From Malacoraja senta (Eukaryota): 64,000 nt of DNA. The notes beneath the pieces were generated by a model. That model had not been told where the DNA came from. It searched no databases and saw only the letters and a list, made by a program, of their open reading frames with translations. Position numbers and translations under genes: made by a program. This document shows, piece after piece, positions 13,629-25,595 of this stretch (within the stretch, counting starts at the first letter, position 1; each line of letters begins with the position of its first letter). The stretch is taken from assembly GCA_038087875.1 (NCBI GenBank), contig JAXLNO010000110.1, positions 620,001 through 684,000 of the forward strand, written 5' to 3'.

Positions 13629-14059
13629 TCACTCGGGCCTGGAGGCGAAGGTCCGCCCTCCCCCACCTCTGCGATGGCGCCGAGCAGCAGCAGCCAGAGC
13701 GGCGCCAGCACCCAGCACAGCGGCAGCTCGGCCAGGCGCTGCAGGCGGGCGGCCAGCGCCAGCAGGAAGGCCAGCTGCAGCAGCAGCGCGCACAGCCGAG
13801 TGCCCCGGCGCCGCCTCAGGCCGGCCCGCTCCGCCTCGGCCCCGCTCCCGCCGCCCGCAGCCGCCGCCGCCGCCGCCTTGCAGCGGCCCGCCAGCCGAGC
13901 CAGCAGCAGCGCCAGCAGCGCCGCGTCCAGCAGCCAGAGCGGCACGAAGACCAGGAACCAGCTCCAGCCCAGCGTCTCCCTCCATCTTCAGCACCAGCAC
14001 GATGAGGAAGAGCAGGCCCGAGCAGCCAGGTCAGCAGCACCCGCTGCGCCAGCGACAAT
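13629..14059 (-). CDS. TMEM60: TMEM60-like transmembrane protein, single coding exon, with apparent frameshifts (assembly error or pseudogene)
   Basis: Joining three frames gives (M)SLAQRVLLTWLLG-LLFLIVLVLKMEGDAG-WSWFLVFVPLWLLDAALLALLLARLAGRCK...LCALLLQLAFLLALAARLQRLAELPLCWVLAPLWLLLLGAIAEVG...RTFASRPE*. This is colinear with vertebrate TMEM60 as I recall it (MSLAQRVLLTWLF...WNWFLIFIPVW...MAGRCK...). There are single extra bases at about 14058 (ATTG for ATG), 14017-14019 and 13968-13970, and probably one near 13660. Confidence 0.85.
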
Positions 14060-14099
14060 CCTCCAAAAATCCCAGGCTCGGGCTTCGGCCTGCGCGCTA

Positions 14100-15255
14100 G
14101 GCCGCACTGGGCGTCGCCATGGAAACCCCTCCCCGGCCGGAAGAAACCGGCGCCGGAAGTGACGTTGGGGGGAGTGATTGGTGAGGGGCGGTTGGATTGG
14201 CTGCCGGGGCCTGCGGGCGGGAGGGCCGCTTGTGATTGATTGGTGGTTACGGGCAGGGCGGACGGCGCTCATTGGTGTACGTGCGGTGGGCCCGGTCGGA
14301 GCAGGGCGTTGATTGGCTGCTCCCTTGTGGGCGGGGGCGGGGGGGGGGGCACGATGATTGGCCGCCCTGGGAGGGACGGAGGGCGGGCGGGGCCTGTGTT
14401 ACCCGGTGGGGAGTGAGCACTGATCATCGGATTGGCGGGGCTGCGGGTTGTGCGCGGTTGCTCTGGGTGGGGGGGGGGCGTGTCCTGGTGGCGGGTTCCC
14501 GTGGAGGGGGCGTGACGCGTTGATTGACGGGGTGGAAGGGGAGGGGCGATTCCTGGTTGAGTGGGCGTGTCCTGGCGATTGGCGGAATGTGGGCGGGATG
14601 AGTATGTTCAGTGATTGGCGGGCTGGCCGTTTGTGGGCGGGTCCAGGACGGGTGACTGTGTTCAGTGATTGGCGGGCTGCCGTTTGTGGGCGGGTCCACA
14701 GCGGGTGACTCTGTTCAGTGATTGATGGCGGGCTGCCGTTTGTGGGCGGGTCCACAGCGGGTGACTGTGTTCAGTGATTGGCGGGCTGCCGTTTGTGGGC
14801 GGGTCCATGGCGGGTGACTGTGTTCAGTGATTGGCGGGCAGCCGTTTGTGGCGGGTCCAAGGCGGTGAGTGTGTACAGTGATTGGCGGGCGGCGGGTTGT
14901 GGGCGGGTCCATGGCGGGTGAGTGTGTTCAGTGATTGGCAGGCTGTGTGTCCAGGTCGGGTGAGTGTGTCCAGTGATTGGCGGGCAGCCGTTTGTGGCGG
15001 GTGAGTGTGTTCAGTGATTGGCGGGTCGTGGGCGAGTCCAGGGCGGGGCGTGGCGGCCCGGGGAAGGGGGGGGTGGGGGTGCGGGGCGGGGCGGGGCGCA
15101 GTCTCGGTGATTGACCGGACGGGCTGCGGGTTGTGGCGGTTCCCCAACCTCGGTGTGTGTGTGTGGGTGGGCGTGTCCCGGGCGGGCGGGGTGCGCGCGC
15201 AGGCGGTCCGGGGCGGCTCCCGGCGGGGCAGTGCGCGGGCGGGCGGGCAGGCAGG
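14100..15255. promoter_or_regulatory. Bidirectional CpG-island promoter between TMEM60-like (-) and UBQLN4 (+)
   Basis: Very GC- and CpG-rich, with many ATTGG (reverse CCAAT) and GGGCGG (GC box) motifs. CCGGAAGTGACGT, an ETS site overlapping a CRE half-site, is at 14153-14165. The two start codons diverge about 1.2 kb apart. Confidence 0.8.
14595..15025. repeat. Promoter minisatellite, about 53-bp unit, about 8 imperfect copies
   Basis: Unit is roughly GTGACTGTGTTCAGTGATTGGCGGGCTGCCGTTTGTGGGCGGGTCCAYRGCGG. Confidence 0.9.
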
Positions 15256-15307
15256 ATGGCGGAAGGTTCTGGAAAGCGGCGGATTAAAGTGACGGTGAAG
15301 ACGCCCA
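15256..15307 (+). CDS. UBQLN4: Ubiquilin-4 exon 1, start of the ubiquitin-like domain; truncated by the assembly gap
   Basis: ATG at 15256 in a strong Kozak context (AGGATGG) within the CpG island. It translates MAEGSGKRRIKVTVKTP, matching the ubiquilin N-terminal motif I(R/K)VTVKTP. The short N-terminal leader fits UBQLN4. The splice donor lies in the gap. Confidence 0.88.
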
Positions 15308-15507
15308 NNNNNNNNNNNNNNNNNNNNNNNNNNNNNNNNNNNNNNNNNNNNNNNNNNNNNNNNNNNNNNNNNNNNNNNNNNNNNNNNNNNNNNNNNNNNN
15401 NNNNNNNNNNNNNNNNNNNNNNNNNNNNNNNNNNNNNNNNNNNNNNNNNNNNNNNNNNNNNNNNNNNNNNNNNNNNNNNNNNNNNNNNNNNNNNNNNNNN
15501 NNNNNNN
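15308..15507. other. Assembly gap (200 N)
   Basis: A run of N that interrupts UBQLN4 exon 1. Confidence 1.
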
Positions 15508-18335
15508 TCACTTTCCCCTGACTCTCAGTCTGAAGAAAAGTCTCGACCCGAAACGCCACCCATTCTTCTCTCCAGAGATGCTGTCTGACCCGCATAGTTA
15601 CTCCAGCTTTTTGTGTCTATCCATGGTATCATTACCTTTGTCCAAATCTACTTGCCTTTATTAGCCTCCATATTATCTCCATGACTTTGCCTTCATCTAA
15701 TAGAGTCTTGTTTCGTGCAGGATTCGAAATGGCATTAGTATTCTTTTTACTTTATTTCCTGCAAGGATTCTTAATTAAAATTTGGGGCTGAAGGGTGATC
15801 TTATAGAGGTGCACAAAACCATGAGAGGAATAGATAGGGTGAATGCACAGTCTTTTACCCAGGCTAGGGGAATCAAGAACCAGAGGACATAGGTTTAAGG
15901 GGAAACAGAGGGACGACTTCACACAGACGGTTGTAGGTGTATGGAACAAGCTGCCTGAGGAGTTAGTTGAGGCAGGGACTATAACAACTTTCAAAGGACA
16001 CTTGCGTTGGTACATGGATAGTTTAGAGGGATACGGGCCATACGCGGGCAGGTGAGACTAGTGTAGGCATGGGCAAATTGGGCGGAAGGGCCTGTTTCTG
16101 TGCTTCAGGACTCCATGACTATGATTGTATGACTAATTATAATGTACGGCTACACCTAGTTGTATTCCCCAGTTTAAGTAGTTCTAGTTGGGTCCTGTTA
16201 TAGGGAAGGTAGAGTTTAGTGCTCTGGCTCTCAGTTATATTAGGAGGTTAGTGATGGGGAGTGTGAGGAGGTGAGGGCATTAGGATTGTAAGCTTTAGGT
16301 AAGGAGGGGAGAGTGATGTGAGGGTTAGGATTAAGGTTGAAGAATCACTCTTGTGTAGATTGCAAACAGCACATCCAAAGCAAGGTATAGGATATAAACA
16401 CAAGAATGGTGGCATTGTCAGCTGGACAAGCAGTGTCTATGGATGGAAAACCAGTTCTAATAACTTGTTAACATCTTTCATTTGTTGTTGACTGGGGCTC
16501 GTTTCTGTCGACATACTCACTGTGCTGTTGTGGGTGCTGGATTTGGTTTAAATATTGTATTTCCCACCTTTTAAAGACTTTTCCTGAAGCGCACTCCCCC
16601 ATTTCCCTCCCTCCCTATCCTCCTAACCTTCACCTTCCCACGCCCTATCTCGTAATCATCTCCATCCCTTCTTCTTTCTCCATCTGAAGATTGAAAGCAT
16701 GCACCACAGACTCGGGAACAGCTTCTTCCCTTCTGTTATCAGGCTCCGAACGGCCTGTCCATACGCTAGAGTACTTGTCTGATTCACCTCTACCCCTTTG
16801 CGGACATTGGACTTTGTCTCTGGCTCTGGGACAGAGAGCAGATTATTGTAGGGCTACAATGCTGGGAACTATATTCTGCACTCCGTATCTTCCCATTTGC
16901 TCTCGGAAAGAATTGCAGATGCTGGTTTAAATCGAAGGTAGACACAAATGCTGGAGTAACTCAGCGGGACAGACAGCATCTCTGGAAAGAAGGAATGGGT
17001 GACGTTTTTGGTACGAGACCCTTCTTCAGACTCCAAAGATGTACAAGGTAGGTTAATTGGCTTTGGTAAAAAAAATGTAAATTGTTCCTAGTGTGTAGGA
17101 TAGTGTTAGTGTACAAGGTGATCGCTACATGATGCAGACTCGGTTTCCACGCTGTATCTCTAAACTCTAAATTAAAGACCAGAGAGGCGTAGCTTTAAGG
17201 CAAAGTTTAAAGGAGATGTGCAGGACAAGTTTTTATTTACACCGAGGGTGGTGGGTGCCTGGAACGTTGCTGCCGGGGGGTGGAGGCAGCTACGACTGTG
17301 GTGTTTAGAGGCTTTTAGATAGGCACATGGATATACAAGGAATGGAGGGATGTGGATCACGTCAAAGCAGAGGAGATTAGTGTAATTTGGCAACATGTTA
17401 GATATGGACATTGTGGACCGAAGCGCCTGTTCCTGCGCTGTAGTGTTCTGATGTTCTAATTAAACACTAAGGCAATACATTCTTAGATTGGAAACTCCAT
17501 CACACTGTGATGGGTAAAGACTCCACTCTACTGCCTAGAAAATCAGTCTGCTGATCTTGTAGCATTTGTCAGCGGCTCACCTAACTGAAGTGTCTCCCCA
17601 CTGAGAACGAGAACCTAGCACGGACAGGAGTGTTTAGCCTCCATCTCGCATTGCACTATCCTGTCCAGGCTCACCTCTAGCGACATGATGGCGTAGCGGT
17701 ACAGTTGCCAGACACCCAGGTTCCATCCTGACTAAGGGTGCTGTGTGTACGGAGTTTGTACGTTCTCCCCGTGACCTGCGTGGGTTTTCTCCGTGAGCTC
17801 CGGTTTCCTCCCACACTCCAAAGACGTGCAGGTTTGTAGGTTAATTTGGCTTCTGTAAATTGTCCCTAGTGTTAGTGTACAGGGTGATCGCTGGACGACA
17901 TGGACTGGGTGGAGTAAAGGGCCTGTTTCCACGCTGTTTCTCTAAAAGCAAAACTAACAAAACACTTCACCAGAGTGTTCAAATAAATGGAGTGGGGTGA
18001 TTGTCAGTGGAGTAGGAGGCAGGAGAACAACCACTGTGAGTGTCTCGGATGTACAAGGGAGGAGGGTGTCATAGAGCTGTACAGCGTGGAAACAGGCCCT
18101 TCAGCCCAACTCCTCCATGCTGACCAAGTACACGGTGAGCAGTTGTGATGAGTGAGTCAATAGTTAGATGGGCTGTTGTGTGCTTCTGTGACTATGGCCA
18201 TGATGTCAAGGATGGCATCTTGACTCCCTGGTGCAATGGGCAAGATTAAAATGGGAGGAAGAGGGTGAGGGGTAAAATGTTGCGGTTTTGGTTGACAGAA
18301 AGATGAGGTCCTGCAGTGAGACTTTGGGGAGCTGA

Positions 18336-18516
18336 TGGGCCTGTCCCACTTAGGCGACTGCCAGGGACTAGTTTTAATGGAATTCACCTACGACACCTGA
18401 CGACAACCAACGACAGCAAAAATTGTCGCCACTGTCACCAATTTTTTTTCAACATGTTGAAGAATTTGCGGCAGTCACCTGTAGTCACCCAAAAAATCGC
18501 CTGTGGGACAGGCCCA
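18336..18516. mobile_element. MITE, PIF/Harbinger-like
   Basis: TIR TGGGCCTGTCCCAC / GTGGGACAGGCCCA. Flanks are TGA/TAA, a TWA-like 3-bp TSD with one mismatch. Confidence 0.7.
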
Positions 18517-18765
18517 TAAGAACGACATTAAACAGCAAGACCTCAAAGACAGTAATCATCGGATTACTCACAGTCATGGAAGTGCTAAATGTAAGGGGCT
18601 TTAAAATAGAACAAGTGAATGTTTGTCTGGAAGAAAATCTTAAGAGTTTGGTTTAGAGCTACAGAGTGGGAACAGGCCGATCGGCCCGAAGACCAGCGAT
18701 CCCTGCACACTAACAGTATCCTACGCACACGAGGGACAATTTACAATTTTACCATAGCCAATTAA

Positions 18766-19205
18766 TCTGAGGAAAGATTGAAAAGACTAGGCTTGTATTC
18801 ACTGGAGTTTAGAAGGATGAGGGGGTATCTTATAGAAACGTATAAAATTGTAAAAGGACTGGCCAAGCTAGATGCAGGAAAAATGTTCCCAATGTTGGGC
18901 GAGTCCAGAACCAGGGGCCACATTCTTAGAATAAAGGGGAAGCCATTTAAGACTGAGGTGAGAAAAAACTTTTTCACCCAGAGAGTTGTGAATTTGTGGA
19001 ATTCCCTGCAACAGAGGGCAGTGGCGGCCAAATCACTAGATGAATTTAAGAGAGAGTTAGATAGAGCTCTAGGCGGTAGTGGAATCAAATGATATGGGGA
19101 GAAGGCAGGCACGGGTTATTGATTAGGGACGATCAGCCAATGAATGGCGGTGCTGGCTCGAAGGGCCGAATGGCCTCCTCCTGCATATATTTTCTCTGTT
19201 TCTAA
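18766..19205 (+). mobile_element. CR1 LINE 3' fragment inserted in a V-SINE
   Basis: LGLYSLEFRRMRG...RTRGH.LRI...RVVNLWNSL. The flanking SINE sequence GCCAATTAA / CCTACAAACC is interrupted. Confidence 0.9.
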
Positions 19206-21729
19206 CCTACAAACCTGAACATCTTTGGAGTGTGGGAAGAAACCCACACAGGACACGGGAAAAACATACAAACTCCGTACAGATATCACCCGCCGTCAAT
19301 ATTGAACCGGAACCTCTGGCGCTGTAAGGCAGCAACTCTACCCCTGTGCCACCGTGCCACCTCAGAAAATTCTGAGACTTTGAGACAATACAACTTGAAC
19401 AGGTTATATCTCAACTGAACCAGGACTAGTATTCTCCAGGGTGTTTTTGAGTCTTTAAACTAGCTAGTCAGTGTGATGTTAGTAGGAGAGAAACAAAGCT
19501 GGTACTGGAAGTTAGCAAGGTAGTATCCATAACTTGGGGAGGTGGAGGAAATGTTAAAGGGTTTAATTTGAAGGCATGATGTTTAAAGGCACTTTGTAGC
19601 TGCAACAGGTTGGAAATATCTACATTGCAGATAGTGGAACATTGGTGTGATCCAACTGCCATTGCAGAAAGAAAACACCAATGAAGGAATGCAGCGGGTC
19701 AGGCAGTATCTGTGTGCGGTTTCAGGTCAGGATCCTTCTTGTGTCTGCCATCACAGAAACGTGGCTACAGAGTGACCAAACCAGGGTGTTTAATGTTCAG
19801 GAAGGGCACAGTAAGTGGAGGGTGGCCAATGCTGGTAATGATATCTGTACAATGGTTAGCAACCGAGTGTAGAAGAGACACACAAAAAGCTGGAGTAACT
19901 CAACGGCTCAGGCAGCATCTCAGGAGAGAAGGAATGGCGTGACATTTCAGGTCGAGACCCATCTTCAGATTGAGCTGTAGAAGTGTTCTGAGTGAAGAAT
20001 AAAATAATTCTGAGTGTAGAAGAGATTCATCAGGATGTTACCTGGAATGGTGGACTGCAGTTACACAGACAGTTGGATGGGCTGGATTTATCTTACTGGA
20101 GCGCAGGACGTTGAAAGTGACCTGTAAGGGGCATAAGATAGACACAAAAAGCTGGAGTAATTCACCGGGTCAGACAGCATCTCTGGAGAAAAGGAATGGG
20201 TGACTTTTGGGAACGTCACCCATTCCTTCTCTTCAGAGATACTGCCTGCCCCGCTGAGTTATTCCAGCATTTTGTGTCTATCTTCCATATAAACCATCAT
20301 CTGCAGTTCCTTTCTATACATTGTTAGCTGTTTGTTAGGTGAGAACGAGTACAGACAATGAGACCCAACAGGATGACTTTGAGGCTGGTACAACTTGGGT
20401 GGGGGGAGGGATGGAGAGAGAGGGAATGCAGGGGTTACTTGAAGCTAGAGAAATCAAGGTTCATACCGCTGGGTTGTAAGCTGCCCAATCGATACCACTG
20501 AATTGTAAGCTGCCCTAGGGGCATAGATAGGGGAGCTGGTCTGCTTCCAAGGAAGGGGGACAGATTTAAGGCAAGAGGGCAGAACTTGAAGAGTTCTCTG
20601 GAGTAAGTTTCCACACAGAGGGTAGTGGGATGAGCTGGTGCTAGAGGCAGTTGCAGTCACAATGTTTATAAGGTGTTGCACAGGGTCAGTGGCTTTCCGG
20701 CTAACGGGCGGACTTGTGCGGAAATCTAACTTTATCCAAATGTTCCCAAACATTTTTTGAGCTTTCTTTAAGCTGTAATAATGAAATATTTCATGGTGTT
20801 CGTTGATGACTTGATTGAGTATATAATTAATTAGTTTAAGTATGGGGGAGTATTAGGGTGATTACTCAATGAAATAAAGAATTATTGCAAGTGTCAGCAG
20901 AGTTATGTGATATTGGTAACTACACACTTGCGGAGGGAAAGGTATTTCGAAAGGTGGGTCTAATGCAGACAAATGGGATTACAAAGTGGGCTGGAAGGGC
21001 CTGTTTCTGTGCCGTGTGTTAAAATTCACGTCATATGTGCCGTTTCTACTGGGAAGATCCAGCAACCTTGACGTTAAGTGGTGTCGCTTTTATTGTATTC
21101 CGCATCCTCAGGCCTAGATAGACTGGATGTGGAGAAGATGTTTCCAGTGGTGTTTAGTTTAATTAATGGATACAGCGCGGAAGCAGGCCCTTTGGCCCAC
21201 CGAGTCCGCACCGAACAGCGATCAGTGTGTGAGGAAACTGAAGATCTCGGAGAAAACTCGCGCGGTCACGGGGTGAATGTACAAACTCCGTACAGACAGC
21301 ACCTGTTGCCAGGATCTCCTGCTCTGTGGGAGAGTCTCGGACTAGAGGGCACACCACAGAATAAAGTGATGTACCTTTGATGGAGATGAGGAGATTCTTT
21401 AGTCAGAGGGTGGTGAATGTGTGCAATTCATTTCCACTGATGGCGGTGGAGGCTAATCAAATTAAAGTAGATTGACAGGTTTTTGATTAGTATAACGTCA
21501 AAGGTTATGGGGAGAGAGGCAGGAGAATGGGGGTGGAGAGGGAAAGACAGATCAGCTATGATTGAATAGCAGAGCTGAATGACCAAATTCTGCTGAAGAT
21601 AGATGCAAAATGCTGGAGTAACTCAGCGGGGCAGACGGCATCACTGGAGAGAAGGAATGGGTGGTTTTTCGGCTCGAGACGCTTCTTCAGAGCCAAATTC
21701 TGCTCCTGTCTTGCGGTTTTAAGGTCTTA

Positions 21730-23285
21730 TTTACACATTTCGGGACGATCTCAGAGAAGAGAAGAAGTACAACGTAGCAAAGATGTGCAGGAAGTCAGAG
21801 GATTGGGCAACGTTTAAAGAGCAACAGAAGATAACTAAAAAGGCAATACGGGGAGAATAGATGAGGTACGACGGTAAGCTAGCCAAGAATATAAAGGAGG
21901 ATAGTAAAAGCTTCATTAGGTATGTGAAGAAGAAAAAATTAGTTAAGACCAAAGTTGGACCCTAGAAGACTGAAATGGGTGAATTTATTATGGGGAACAA
22001 GGAAATGGCAGATGAGTTGAACAGATACTTTGGATTCGTCTTCACTAAGGAGAACACAATCTTCCTGATGTACTAGTGGCCAGAGGATCTGGGGTGATGG
22101 AGGAACTGAAGGAAATCCACATCAGGCAGGAAATGGTGTTGGGTAGACTGATGGGACTGAAGGCTGATAAATCCTCAGGGCCTGCTGGTCTGCATCCCAT
22201 GGTACTTAAGGAAGTGGCTCTAGAAATCGTGGACGCATTGGTGAACATTTTCCAATGTTCTGTAGATTCAGGATCAGTTCCTGCGGATTGGAGGGTAGCT
22301 AATGTTATCCCACTTCTTGAGAAAGAAAACAGAATTATAGACCAGTGAGCCTGACATTGGTGGTGGGAAGATGCTGGAGTCAATCATAAAAGATGAAATA
22401 GTGGCACATTTGGATAGCAGTAACAGGATCGATCCGAGTCAGCATGGATTTACGAAAGGGAAATCATGCTTGACTAATGTTTTTGGAATTTTTTTTGGGG
22501 ATGTAACTAGGAAAATGGACAAGGGAGAGCCAGTGGATGTAGTGTACCTTGAATTTCAGAAAGCATTTGATAAGGTCCCCACATAGAAGTTTAGTGGGCA
22601 AAATTAGGTCACATGGTATTGGGGGTAGAGTGCTGACATGGATAGAAAATTGGTTGGCAGACAGGAAACAAAGAGTAGGGATTAACAGGTCCCTTTCAGA
22701 ATGACAGGCAGTGACAAGTGGGGTACCGCAAGGCTCAGTGCTGAGTGCAGTTTTGGTTTCCAAATTTGAGGAAGGACATTCTTGCTATTGAGGGAGTGCA
22801 GCGTAGGTTCACCAGGTTAATTCCCGGGATGGCGGGACTGACATATGATGAAAGAATGGGGCGACTGGGCTTGTATTCACTGGAATGTAGAAGGATGAGA
22901 GGGTATCTTATAGAACCATATAAAATTCTTAAAGGATTGGTCAGGCTAGCTGCAGGAAAAGTGTTCCCGATGTTGGGGAGTCCAGAAACAGGGGGTCACT
23001 GTTTAAGAATAAGGGGTAGGCCATTTGGGACTGAGATGAGGAAAAATGTATTCATCCTGAGAGTTGTGAATCTGGAAATCTCTGCCACAGAAGGCAGTTA
23101 AGGCTAAATCACTGGATGGTTTCAAGAATGGATAGATATAGGTCTTGGGGCTAAAGGAATGAAGGGATATGGAGAAAATGTAGGAACGAGGTACTGATTT
23201 TAGATGATCAGCCATGATCATATTGAATGGCAGTGCTGGCTCGAAGGGCTGCAGCGCCTACTCCTGCTCCTATTTTTCTATGTTG
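21730..23285 (+). mobile_element. CR1-clade LINE fragment with an internal deletion of the RT core
   Basis: Same motifs as 6505-8150. GVPQGSVL is joined directly to VQFW at about 22743. Confidence 0.92.
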
Positions 23286-25099
23286 GCATCTAAGAAACTG
23301 CAGTGTTCAAGAAGAACAGGTGTCTATGATTATGGGGAGAAGGCAGGAAAATGGAATTAGGAGGCAGAGATCAGCCATGATTAAATGGCGGAGTAGCCTT
23401 GATGGGCCGAATGACCTAATTCTACTCCTATAACATGCGAACTTGTGACATTTCTGAAACGCAGTTAAGTATGAAAGTTAAATGCTGCTTTTGTCATTGG
23501 TGTCCAGAACATATGAAAAATCCCAAAGCCTGACTTATATGTTTCAATATTCAGGTCCACCACCGATTATCTGGCAACTGGTGGCCCGGCACATCCTTTA
23601 AGCCAGACAAACTTACGAGAGTGTACTTGCATAACCCTCCCCCCCCCCCCGTAGTCCTGAAAATGTGGTGCGTAGGCCGGGTGAGGTGGCCGATCTCGAT
23701 AAGGTTCTGTCCCCATTCAGGCAAGTCAAGCGATATTTGAAGTTGGATGCTTGTAAATTACAAGTTGGAACAAGTCCAGGATAGCTTATTATAGACCAGG
23801 AATTGCAGATACTGGAATCAAAAGCAAAACACAATGTTGGAGTAACTCAATAGGTCAGGCAGCATCTGTGGAGGGAATGGCTAGGCAACGTTTTGGGTCA
23901 GGATCCTTCTTGAGACGGAGGGAGAGGGATTGGTTGGTTAACATGTGTATTTGTGTGCCTGTGCAGGATAAACCGCTACAATTAGCAGTATTGTCATGAG
24001 GTTAGATTCATGCATTAGAATCCAATTTACCTGGATGAGAATTCCTAGTTGCGATATTACAGGTTTAGTTTAGAGATACAGCATGGAAACAAGCCCTTTG
24101 GCCCACCGAGTGGGGTTGTCACGGTAATATTGTTTCAAATGTCTACAGTGTAAAGTATGAGTTTTACAGGGCAGAGTGTGGTTGGGTACTTCGATGTACA
24201 GTCAATCCCGAAACATTATTAATCCAAGTTCTCTTTCTCTGTAATATATTTCCCCGTAAGTCTGCAGGCCAGGATATAGTGGATGTGGAGAGGATGTTTC
24301 CCACCAGTGAGAAGTCTAGGACCAAAGGGCACAGCCTCAGAATAAAAGGACGTACCTTTAGAAAGACGAGAAGGAATATCTTTAATCAGAGGGTGTGGAG
24401 GCCAAGTCAATGGATATGTTTAAGTTGGAGATTGATGGGTTCTTGATTAGTTAGTGTGTCAGGGGTTATGGGGAGCAGGCAGAAGAATGTAGTTGAGAGG
24501 GAAAGATAGATAATAATAATAATAATAACCATACTTTATTAACCAAGTATGTTTTGTAACATACAAGGAATTTGATTTGCCATTCAGTCACACTAATAAA
24601 AAGCAACAAGACACACAAATTACATTTTAACATAAACATCCACCACAGTGACTCCTCCCCATTCCTCACTGTGATTGAAGGCGAAAAAAAAGTTCGACTC
24701 TTCCCTTCTTTGTCCTCTCGGGGTCCTCGAGCCTTCTGTTGTCGGGACGTAGCCGGCCGCGTCCGGGCGATCAAGCTCCCGCATCGGGGGGATTTCAGCA
24801 CAGATTAGGCATGATTGAATGGCGGAGTAGACTCGATGGGCCGAATGGCCTAATTCTGCCCCAAGAACGTGTATTTGGGCAGTATGAAACTAGAGGCTGC
24901 AAGAATCACATAAATCCAGAGCAATACATTGAGTAGGGAGAGTGGGGAATTTCCTACCATAAGTGTGAGGATGAATGGTGTAGATAGGTTTAAGTGGAAT
25001 CTAGAGAATGCATGTGGCAGAAGGAATAGATGTGCACATGAATTTAAATAGCTGTAGGCTGAGGAATATGAATGTTACAGCATAAATCTGCTTTTTGCT

Positions 25100-25595
25100 G
25101 TCAGCTAATGTAAAACTGGAAAGGGTATACAGAAGATTTGTGAGGATGCTGCCAGGACCAGAGGGTCTGAGCTATAGAGAGAGGTTGAGTGGGCTGGGTC
25201 TCTATTCCTTGGAGTACAGGAGGATGAGGGGTGATTTTAAAGAGGTGTATAAAATCATGAGAGGAATAGATCGGGTAGATACAGAGTTACCCAGAGTAGG
25301 TGAATCGAGGACCAGTGGACATAGGTTTAAGGTGAAGGGGAAAAGATTTAATAGGTATCTGAGGGGTAACTTTTTTGCACAAAGGGTGGTGGGTGCATGG
25401 AACAAACTGCCATAGGAGCTAGTTCAGGTGGGGACTATCCCAACCTTTAAGAAACAGTTAGACATGGATAGGACAGGTTTGGAGGAATAAGGACCAAATG
25501 CAGGCAGGTAGGACTAGTGTAGCGGGGACATGTTGGCCGGTGTAGGCAAGTTGGGCCGAAGGGGCTGTTTCCATGCTGTATCACTCCATGACACT
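25100..25595 (+). mobile_element. CR1 LINE 3' fragment, second subfamily; similar pieces at about 2355-2870, 15790-16125, 45475-45900, 49425-49740, 61800-62200 and 62435-62895
   Basis: KLERV.RRF.RMLPG.EGLSY.ERL..LGLYSLE...GHRFKV.G.RF...RVVG.WN.LP. Confidence 0.88.

Noticed and set aside
13629..14059. Programmed ribosomal frameshifting or RNA editing to explain the TMEM60-like frame changes
   Set aside because: Several +1 indels in short homopolymers in GC-rich sequence next to an assembly gap are more simply explained by sequencing error. No slippery heptamers were seen at the junctions.
12758..14162. 415-aa and 460-aa + strand ORFs
   Set aside because: GC-rich antisense shadows of the TMEM60-like CDS and its 3' region. 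They are low complexity with no recognisable domain.
23550..23800. Possible Tc1/mariner-type MITE remnant
   Set aside because: I could not identify a matching second TIR or a TSD by eye.
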